Assembly: GCA_965637545.1 (NCBI GenBank)
Contig: OZ281495.1
Coordinates: forward strand, 4,402,001 to 4,466,000
DNA from: Phallusia mammillata
Taxonomy: Eukaryota
Reading direction: 5' to 3'
DNA length: 64,000 nucleotides
Numbering within the stretch: position 1 is the first letter of the stretch; the number at the start of each line of letters is the position of its first letter. A program made the position numbers and the translations under genes. Shown here piece after piece: positions 12,395 through 22,700 of the stretch. The notes under the pieces were generated by a model, which worked only from the letters and a program-made list of their open reading frames with translations, ran no database searches and was not told the DNA's origin.

Positions 12395-15200
12395 TCGGTT
12401 TCTAAACGAACTTTCAAATCGGTTTAAACCGGAATCGTAGACACGAAATTTCAAACTAATTGGAAGAGGCTATAGCCTTTCCTTTTCTATCGATTTTCGG
12501 AGGCCTTTGCCGGTTTTATCCTTCTGCCGAATCTCAAACGGGTAAAAAACGGAATCGAAGTGCCGAAATTTCGACCCGATTTTCGACAAAAACCTAAGGC
12601 TATATCTTTTTTCGATTTTATGGGGTCCAAAAATAGAAGAAAAATCCGGTTTTCGGTGGATTTTCGCCAGGATATTCCAGTTTCAAACTAGTTCCAGTCG
12701 GTTTTAGTCTCCTACAGAACCTCAGAATGAAGAAAAACCTTCTTCAAATGAAGAAAAATTGAATAAGTTTTCGGTGGTTTTTCGCCGGAATATTCCACTT
12801 TTAAGCTGGTTTAAACCGGTCTCCACCTTCCACGGAACCTCTAAGCCGATTTAAACCTGATTTGAAAATCGAAAATTTTGACCCGATTTTTGTGAAAAAC
12901 CCATAGATTTTCTGTTTTTTCGATTATTGGAGGTCAAAAATTGAAGAAAAATCCAGTTTTTGATGGGTTTTCGTCTGATTATTCTAGTTTCAAACTGAAT
13001 CTATCCGGCTAAAGCCTACTACCGAACCTCCAAACCGGTTTAAAGCGGATTTGAAAATCAAACATTTTGACCCGATTATTAAAAAAAACCTAACCATAGC
13101 CTTCTGTTTTTTCACCATTTCTGAGGGTCACAAAATTGAAGAAAAATCCCGTTTTCAGTGGGTTTTCGTCGGTAAATTTTAGTATCAAACTGGTTTGAAC
13201 CAGTTTCTGCCTCCTACCGAACCTCCAAACCGGTTTAAACCGGACAGAAATAGCAAATTGTGGTTCCGAATTCCAAAAAACGGTTACATAGCCATTCCCT
13301 TTTTATCGATTTTCGGGGGCCAAATATTCAAAGAAAATTCCGGTTTTCGCTGGGTTTTTGCCGGATTATTCTAGGTTCAAACTGATTTAAACTGGTTTCA
13401 GCCTCCTACCGAACCTCCACACCGGTTTAAACCGGAATTGAAAATCGAAAATTTTAATCCGATTTTTAAAAAAAACCTAAGGCTATTCAGAAAAATGACG
13501 AAACATCCGACTTGCGGCGGATTTTCGCCGGAATATATCAGTTTCAACCTGGTTCTTGTCGGTGTTATCAATCAAAATTTTGATTATCAATCAAAATTTT
13601 GAAAAATTTTGAGATTTTGAAAATCAAAATCTTAATCCGATTTTTGAATAGCCCGAAGCCTTTTCCTTTCCCTCCGGTTTAAACCGGAATTGAAATCGCA
13701 ATATTTTGATCCGAGTTCCGAAAAAACCTAAGGCCATAGCCTTTCCCTTTTTTTCGATTAAGTGGGTCAAAAAATTGACAAAAAATCCGGTTTTTGGTGG
13801 GTTTTGGCAGGAATATTCCAGTTTTAAACTGGTTATAGTCGGTTTTAGCCTCCTACCGAACCTCCGAAACAGGTATCGAAATCCTGATTTTCGAAAAAAA
13901 ACGTAAGGCTATAAGCCAGGGTTGGCCAAACTGCGGCTCACGAACCGCATGCGGCTCTTTGAGCCTTTGAATGCGGCTCTAGAACATGCATTTCCTCATG
14001 AATTGTTTAACCTGATTGTAAAACAACGCATTTTCGCACGTACTAACAATAGATTGAATGTTTGTCATAACCAATGTACATTCCGAAAACGCAAAGATTA
14101 TTATTGTACAGAAGCGTGATAGCTTGTGCAGTGTAGTCAAATACATAGTCAAATTGTAGCTGTTAGTCAGGGCTGACATTAAAATGCATTTTACATTTGC
14201 ATTGCGTTTTATACTACCATTAACTGCAAACTTTAGCCAAAAAATGTTGTCAAGAAATAATTGCAAAAAAACAGAAACAGGAAAATACAACTTTTCAAAC
14301 AGAATGTGTGGAGCGGTTTGCATTCATTGATAATTGTGGTAAACCTGTGTGTTATATCTCTCAAGCTTCGCTTAATCATTACAAAACTAGTCACTTGAAA
14401 CGCCATTACGCATCTAAACACAATTTTTTTTCCATCATATTAGCCTAATTTCAAACACCTTGCAGCCTAGGTTAAGACTTACATTATCACTTCGTTGTGA
14501 GTGAATAAATTCGTATTTGATTTTTTGTGTTGCGGGTCTTCAAAACTAAGTTTTTGTGATATGCGGCTCGAGCGTGATGCAGGTCTCCACCCCGGCTATA
14601 AGCCTTTTCTTTTTTCGATTATATGGGGTCAAAAAATCGAAGAAAAATCCGTGTTTCAGTGGGTTTTGTTGAGAATATTTCAATTTCGAACTGGTTCCAG
14701 CCGGATTAGCTTCCACCGAACCTCCAAACCGACATAACCTGGAATCGAAAACATGAAATTTTGACCCAATTTTCGATAAAACCATGAGGCTATAACCTTT
14801 TCCTTTTTCGATACTCGGATGTCAAAAAATCGAAGAAAAATCCGGTTGTGGCTTGGGTTTTGCCGGAATATTCCAGTTTCAAACTGGTTCTAGTCGGTTT
14901 TACCATCTTACCTCCAAATCGGAATCAAAAACCCAAAATTTTAAAAAATCGAAGAAGCATCGAACCTCCAATCTGGTTTACACCTGATATGGCGACGTGA
15001 AATTTTGACACGATTTCCGAAAAATCACCAAAGCTATAGCTATTCTCGTTTTCGGATTTTAGGGGATCAAAATATCAAAGAAAAATCCGGTTTTCGGCAG
15101 GTTATCGCCAGAATATTTCAGTTTTTAAGTGGTTTTACCCGGTTTCTGCCTCCTTCCAAACCTCCAAACCGGTTTTAATCGGAGTCGTTAGACGTAAACC
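12395..15200. repeat. Degenerate tandem satellite-like array, unit ~190 bp
   Basis: Recurring AAACCGGA..GAAAATCGAAAATTTTGACCCGATTTT..GAAGAAAAATCCGGTTTTCGGTGG. Marker positions ~12880, 13069, 13262 and 13457 give ~190-bp spacing. The array is interrupted at 13917-14595. Confidence 0.8.
13917..14595 (+). mobile_element. Non-autonomous hAT (Charlie/SPIN/Buster-type) deletion derivative
   Basis: Perfect 8-bp TSD CTATAAGC (13909-13916 and 14596-14603). Ends are CAGGGTTGGCC / CCACCCCGG. The interior encodes FQTECVERFAFIDNCGKPVCYISQASLNHYKTSHLKRHYASKH (~14293-14420), which resembles the N-terminal zinc finger of Buster-type transposases. Confidence 0.85.
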
Positions 15201-15245
15201 TCAAAACATCGATAAAAAAACATAATATTTGATCCAAACTGATTT

Positions 15246-15299
15246 GTCGTCTGCAGGACGTGCCACGTTGTATGGTATGTATTCGTCACTAGATGTCGC
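15246..15299 (+). promoter_or_regulatory. Conserved motif pair GTCGTCTGCAGGAC ... CACTAGATGTCGC (CTCF-like), copy 1 of 3
   Basis: The same pair with 41-46 bp spacing recurs at 35934-35992 and 44892-44949. The second motif resembles the CTCF core CCACTAGATGGCGC. Function is inferred. Confidence 0.45.
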
Positions 15300-15354
15300 T
15301 ATTGAACAAATCAGCAAAAGCCATTGGTCACTTGGTGGAATACTGGGCAAAAAT

Positions 15355-15440
15355 TTGGCCGAATGCTCCAGCGCATCTGACATATGATGACATAAAAAAA
15401 ACCTGATCCGGATTTGTCCCCGGGGGTGTATGAATTTCGT
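15355..15440 (+). mobile_element. tRNA-derived (Leu-like) SINE head / tRNA pseudogene, degenerate
   Basis: TTGGCCGAATG A-box-like start, then CTGAC...A-run...CTGATC, then CCCCGGGGG. Homologous to 33302 and 51233; the B box is decayed. Confidence 0.45.
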
Positions 15441-15796
15441 ACTATGAATTTCGTAGGTCTACTTTAGATTCCATAAGAAATTTTTTTTTTTTTGGAAATT
15501 GTTTGACCCATGTCCCCAATTTCAAAATATCACCTAAAAATGCTTGGTTACGTTTGTTGTAAAACGAGCAATAAGAAATTGCCTGATAAATATCGGACGT
15601 TTGGATGTATTAGATGATTGAATGTCATGCAATATTTGTGTTTAAATCGATTTTCATCTGTTAGCACCAATCTGTATCAAGTAGTTTTAGTTTCTGACTT
15701 TAGCTTCGTCTTCTAATTGGTTAATTGTTTTTGTAGCGTACGTTGTTGTTGCTTTCTTTATTTTCAAAAAGACTGTCGATAAGCCTGCCTGCTTTC

Positions 15797-16090
15797 GCAA
15801 ACATGGACGAAGAGACAAACCAAACACAGTGTTCATGGAATCATGGGATTGGTCAACACAATCCCGTTAATCACTATGATAAAACTGCTGACGAAACTCG
15901 TTTCAGCCCGGCACTAAAACACAGGGGAGCGACACAACTTACGACTTGCAAACATGACTTGGTGTCGGTGTACGAGTTACGAGCTTTTACAGCTATTAAT
16001 AAACTGCAGTTGTTTGCAGTCGAGTAAAATCGCGTGACTGGAACTCGAATCAGGCATCAGTTCATGGATGTAACAACTACTTTCGTTTTA
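15797..16090 (+). repeat. Conserved ~300-bp intergenic block, copy 1 of 5
   Basis: Cores AATCCCGTTAATCAC, AAAACTGCTGACGAAACTCGTT and AAATCGCGTGACTGGAACTC recur at ~17291-17550, 18141-18422, 36455-36700 and 45520-45760. Confidence 0.85.
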
Positions 16091-17290
16091 ACCAGGATTT
16101 CATGCGAGTAAAACAATACCCACTAAGTAAAGAATGACAAAAGTAGAAAAGTCATGCTTTTTGTTATCCAGCCGTATTCCAACCAGGCCTACATGCGTAC
16201 TTGTTTGCCGTGACAAGTTTTCTATTTCAAATAAAATTACACGTTAAAAAATACTTAAATGTTCTCCTATTGCTAACTTTATTTATTACCCGACTTGTTT
16301 GTTATTAGGAAAACTCGTTGAACATGCTTTAAAAAATTGCATTAGTAAGCTTTGAGAACAAAGTGTCTAGACTGGTGTTAGCCACAAACATCAAATCGTC
16401 ACACTTCTAATTTACCAAACATCCCACTGTATAGTTTATATATTTAAACAAACAGTGATGGGTAAATTTAATACCTAAATTTCATGGTTGACAAAAATAG
16501 ACTATCTCAAAGATCAACTGTTCAAGATAACAGGAACGTTTGGATGTGGAAATGATATATTAACACAACAACGTTCTTTCAACATATTTACGTTTGTACA
16601 AAACAGTGTAGCACAACAAGAGCACTTAACTGCAAAGGTGTGTTAAATTATTTCGATTCAAGTTTGAAATTGCACCATTGTATAAAGCATGGTAACAAAC
16701 GAATATCATAAAACAACAGGGCATGGCATAGACGTTACTACAAGTAGATATAAAAAGGAAAGGTTCAGATGAAAAACAAAGCCTTTGCAGACTAAACTTC
16801 TTTTGGCATTTTTAATGTCGAATGGTGGAATGTTTTAATTGCGATGTGTATTTCTATAGCCAATGGCAACAGCTACAAAAGTAGGAATAACGACCTAATA
16901 TGTTTTAACAACGTGTGCTTGTGCCACTTAAGAGCGTCGCAACAAAGACGAAAGTAAATGCAATGACAATCTTAAAAACAAACGTCACCAGCGCTTGCGC
17001 TTAGTCTTGCTGCTAGTGTGCGTCATTAAAGTAACATCGTAAAGATCGAGCAAACAAGTGTGTGAAAATTTAACAATCTTTAATGGCTTTCGGTCTTCAG
17101 GGATTTGTACAAAACTGTCCAATTTGAATTTGATTTGAGCAAGTATTATCTACATGTTACTTTGACTATAGCTTTTCAGCCAGTAAGAAGCTTTAGAATC
17201 CTAATAATTGGCTTCAGAGCATATTTATTGAGTTAATGAGTAATGCTTTTTCGCAGCGGACGTTGCTGTTGCTTTTTTAATTTTCTAAAG

Positions 17291-17550
17291 TGAGAATGGA
17301 CGAAGATACAAACCAAACACGGCGTTCATTCAATCGTGGTATCGGTCGTTACAATCCCGTTAATCACAACGACAAAACTGCTGACGAAACTCGTTTCAGT
17401 CCGGCAGTAAATCAAAGGATAGCGACACATTTCAAGAGTTGTTGACATAACTTGGTGTCGGTGGGCCCGTTACGAGGTTTTATAGTTAGTAATAAGTTGC
17501 ATTCGTTTGTATTCAGGTAAAATCGGGTGACTGGAACTCGAATCATTTCA
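17291..17550 (+). repeat. Conserved intergenic block, copy 2
   Basis: Colinear with copy 1; the downstream flank to ~18050 aligns with the flank of copy 4. Confidence 0.85.
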
Positions 17551-18140
17551 TGCAAACTCTGCGTAAACTATACCCTGTAAATTAAAGAATGATGGCATTA
17601 AAAATATCATGTTTTTCGTTAATATTCCAACAAATGCATGTCATAGTCTTTGTTTGCGGGGACACTTTTTGCTTCGGAATAAAATTAGACATTCTTTAAC
17701 TGTTTCCTTTTATTTAAAATTTTTTTAATTAAAGAAACAATTTCTTTAAAGCTCGACTTTATTTGTTATTGGGAAAGTTTGTTAAACATGATTTAAAAAG
17801 TTGCATAAATTATCTTTGTGTTTAGTCTATAGTTTAGTCATAAAACTAGAGTCGTCTCATTCTCAATTTACTAAACATCACACTGTGTAGTATATATTTG
17901 AAATTCCAAAATTTCAAAACTTAATTTTCAGGGGCCACATCCACTTCCAGGCTTTCCCAAAGGATGAACTTTTCCCTCTACACGATGTACCAGCAGTTCA
18001 TTTACTATGAAACGTAATTTATTTATGCAATGTTAAGATGACAGAAACCATGTAAAATTACCGGCTGGTTGTTATTTCCAAATCTTATTGATTTTGCGCT
18101 GCTTATTTAAAAATGTCGGTCGTTGGACCTCTCTACATCA

Positions 18141-18422
18141 GCAAACACAGATGAAGTGCGAACTAAACACAGTGTTTATGGGATCGTCATAACAATCTCG
18201 TTAATCATAACCACAAACTACCGACAAAACTCGTTACAGACTGGCGCCGAAACACAGGGAATCCAAATAATTTACAAGTTGCAAACATGACTTCGTGTCG
18301 GTAAAGGGTTACTAGCTTATTGAGTTATTAATAAAACGCAGTTGTTTACAGACTAGTTGAAATCGCGTGACGTGAGCTCAAATCAGGCTTCCGTTTGTGG
18401 ATGCAACAATTACTTTCGTTTT
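18141..18422 (+). repeat. Conserved intergenic block, copy 3
   Basis: Contains AATCTCGTTAATCAT, AAAACTCGTT and AATCGCGTGAC, colinear with copy 1. Confidence 0.8.
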
Positions 18423-19711
18423 TAAGCAGGATTCCGTTTCAAGTAAAATAAATCCAGGCGGTACAGAATAACGATATTGAAATAGATACATAATATACCC
18501 ATTCTCTTTCTGTTTTTTTTCATGATATAGGTTTTTATGCGTCCATTTTTCTGCTGGACATGTATTTTGTAACGAAATTTCTTAAAGTAAGGCTTGAAAA
18601 AATCCACAAATGTCTTTCAAAAGTTTTACACATCGATTTTTTAAGTATTAAACGTGACAGGTATATGCACTGTGTCATTAAGATCAGGATAGTGATGCCG
18701 TGGAACAAACATGGAACAGAAGAAAGACATATCAACGTTAAATAACTTACAAAAGTTTTAAAGAGTGTTTTGGTCAATTGAAACCCAATTAAAACTTGAA
18801 ACTCTCTTCTTAAATCTTTACAGAATAAATTTTCTTCATGCGACACAAGAATGTCAATCACTTCAAATTCCTAATATTACGTTGAAAGTTACACTGTAAG
18901 AAAGAATATTTAAATAATGAGCCATAAGTAGCAGGAAAATAAACTTCTGTTGCTTGTTTTAGAACCATGATACGCCAAATGTGTTTGTTTTGTGTTAATT
19001 CAACGAGTTATGGATCGATAGTCTATTAATGAGATGGGAATTTCTATTAAAACAAGAACCAGTAAAGTACGATAACAAAGCTTACTGTCCAAGCAGTTAT
19101 GCTTTTAATATCGTAAGCGTCCTGCGCTTAGACATGCCCGCTTGTTTGTCAAGCGATGTTTTGTGCGTCAGTGAGGCAGCAACGTGAAAGTCAAACAAGC
19201 AAGAGTTTCAAGTTTACCAAACTATAAAATAGTGTAAAGATTTTAGGTTTGTAGGAAACGGGTTTAACATGACAACTGGAACCAACATTTTTATACCTAC
19301 GTTTGAAACAGTGGTTTTCGACAAATTATTAAGCGGCAAACAGAAAATAGCTGAGAATTTACAATTGCACACATTCATAAAGCACATAAAATTAAGAGAT
19401 TTCCACAATAAAACAAAAATATGTATATAAAGAGACGTGTATATCATTGTTCGCACCTGTAAAATAAGTGTCATTCAATATAATTCTAAAATGGTTTATC
19501 GTACTATGACAGTCAAATATATATTTGTTTTCAAACAGCTAAACCATTTTTTATGACAATATTGGTGTATTTAATAAAGTAGATTTGTTGATGCCAATAT
19601 ACGTTAGTGGCGGTAGCTACAGTCAATTTCATTGAGCCAATGAAGAAGTTTCAAACGCTGGTTGCGAATAAGTAAAAATAACAAAATATACTCACAATTT
19701 TGGCGTGAAAA

Positions 19712-22700
19712 TCAAATGTTCGATGATTCTGCACAATACAAGAAACCTTAACAGTGTTTAAAAATTAAAATGAAAATACCAAGTTACTTTTTGGAATAAA
19801 TGCTGGTTTCGCTTTGAGTGGTGGCTTAGGTGGTTTCTTTTGGTAAGCGTTTGTAGCATCTGTGAAAATAGGAGTGTATTTTTAAACATGCAAGGAGATT
19901 ACGTTGGAAATCTTTTTGCTCTCGCTTTTTTCATGAACTTATTTCTTACTCCTTGCATTAAGTGACAAGAGCGTTCAAATTGAAGTAACTAACATAAAAT
20001 TCAGAACAAATTTTGAGGTTTGTGTTTGTAACAAAAGGTTCTATATGGGAACTAAATATATATTACAGTATTTGCCGATCTAATCGTTATAGCTTAAATC
20101 GTCTACTCCACACGAATTCCTTTGTTGTAAATAGTTCATGGCCCTTAAGAACCACGGCGTTTGGGCTAGATTGTCTGATTTTTAGTTTATAATATTTTTA
20201 TTTCACTCTCCTTGTCTTGAAGATCTCGTTAAACAACGTAAATAACGTAATTTTAAAAACAAAGATATGTTGTAACCTTCTTTTAATTTGTGAGTTTCTA
20301 CGTTTAGTGATGATGTTTGGTAGGATGCACCATATAACGGATTTATTTTCTCTTCTTTTTCGCTTTTCGTCTGCATACTTGAAAGCAAATCTGTTTCCAG
20401 AACTGGATAGGTGCCGTACAACGGGTTTTTCTTCTCCTCTTTTTCACCTAAAATGTTAAAGTTAGCACTTAGATTCATTATTAGAAAATCGTAAAAACGT
20501 TACTTTACTTTTAATTTTGGGTTTGCGTTTCCTGTTAACGACAGCATATGCACCCTCCGTCATCGCACTGTTACTTGGTTCGTATATTGGATTATTACGT
20601 TCTTCCTTCTCTGAAAGTGTTTTGTGAACATACTTCCAGCTTTAAATTTCCGAAAATTTATTCTTCAAATTTAAAAATTTTGGGTTACCTTTGGGCGTCT
20701 TTTTCGTTTTGTCCACCACAGCGTAAGCTTCTTCCATCGCAGTGTCATCACGCCTCATGTACATAGAAGTTGTATGTGCGTCTTCGGCGAAAACACGTTG
20801 AGATCTTATTTATCAAAAATGTAAATGTTTGCTATGATTGCCTTACCTTTAGGTTCTTTTTTGTTTTTGTTCACTTCAGCGTATGTTTCTTCCTTGTCGC
20901 AAACGTCGCTTGGTACGTATATAGGGTTGATGCGTTCTTCCGCTGCTTAAAATTTAACATTTTGTTACTTAACATTTTAATTTAGGTCTTTTGCTGTAGT
21001 TAAAAGATGCTAAAATGAAACACTCACGCACGAAAACTTTTGTGTACCACTATGTGGCAGTATTTTGAAACATTGAGAAACACAGGCTGATTTGTACCAC
21101 ACGATAATGTGGGCCAACCTGTATTATTGAGTGTAACAGAACTGTAAGCATCAATGATCGCATCTTCTTCTCCCTCATTTCCACATGTAGGGTTAACAGT
21201 TCCACCCTGATTAAGAGACGATTGACCTTCACCTACAACGGCAAGGCAACTGATTAACTCAAATGATTTCGTTTCTTTTACACCAGACCAAGCACGACTT
21301 ACCTGGCATATTTTTGACTGATCTTCTGCGTAGAAAGATCACAAAAGCAGCGATGGTTAATATAAAGACGACCGCCCCTACAACACTGGCAACAATGACA
21401 ACAGTTTGATTGCTCGATCCGTCTGTTACTACGATACGTAGCGAGAGTGAGAGCAAATTAGTAGGAAATGCTGGTGAACCAATTTCAATTTGATACCATT
21501 CGTCTTTGCCTGTGGACTAAAACGTTGATGTAAAATAATAAAAAAGCTGCGTTAGTAAAAGGGTTTAAATCAATTAATTATACAAAATTGTGAGCATCTT
21601 TATAAGGAGTGCACAATCTTTTCGATTTGACGGAAGCAGCACAGGTTTTTATTTCACTTACGACCGCAGATGTCCCCACGGTTTTAGTTTACAACTTACA
21701 GTAGACAAGAAACGAAATATGTACTTCAAAAATTAGTTGGGTTTCTTTTGGTAATTTATTATTTGGAATTAACTGTCTTACCGTTGTACGAAAAACAAAG
21801 TTTTGTGAATTGGGAAGCGATGTGGTATAAAAATCGCATGAAGGACAACTAAAATTAACACCGTCCTTTGTAATCCAAAAACTGTCTGCAGGTGGATTGG
21901 ACGTAATTGGTATAATACATGTTCCATTTTCGACGTCAGTCCATGTACAATCTGGTGTAGCAGTCAAGATATCAGGAGAAACTGCAATATAAAAACATTG
22001 TTGTAGACGAGGCACAATAATAGGGAATAATTATATAGGGTGTTTACACATAACGTCCACAAAAAACGTTTTTTGAGTTTCGGTGAAACAATCTGTTGTT
22101 TGACAAGTGTAGTTTCCCCAATCTAATTTTGTAAGACTGTGCAATTCGAGTGTAGAGTCATTTAAGTCAATATTTCGATTTTGAGAGGGTATTGTCCACA
22201 AAAACTCGGTTTGCAGTTCTGTCTGAAAAGAAATTTGGCATTCGAGACTTATTGTATCCCCAGCATAGTGGTCTCCATCTTTTGGGTAAACCTGTAATTC
22301 AGTGTTTCCTGCAAGCGTAAGATTGTTGATAAGTTTGGTATAGTGAAGGAGTAATAGTAGCAACACAATCTTACTTGAGTCATCTATGAAGAAAATTTGA
22401 GTTTCGGATGAAACAACAATCGTCCCAATGCCATTTTCGGCCGAGCATGTCACATTGGAAGATTCATTGAAAATGTGGGAATAAATACACGATTGACTTG
22501 CGTACTCGGAATCGTTTATTTGAAACGTACAATTGGCATCGGGATTTGAGTCGCTGTCACACTTCATTGTCACGTTTTGTGCATTGTTGATAAGAATGTC
22601 CGGTTTCACAAAAACCACATATTCCGACGAATTAGAATAGATTTGTACCCCATAAGGTTGGTCTGTAAATTATAGCCACAAATGTTAAAGACACAAAAAA

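Noticed and set aside
15743-16027. 94-aa ORF over block copy 1 as a small protein family
   Set aside because: The same frame is stopped early in copy 2 and not maintained in the others, and substitutions are only weakly third-position biased.
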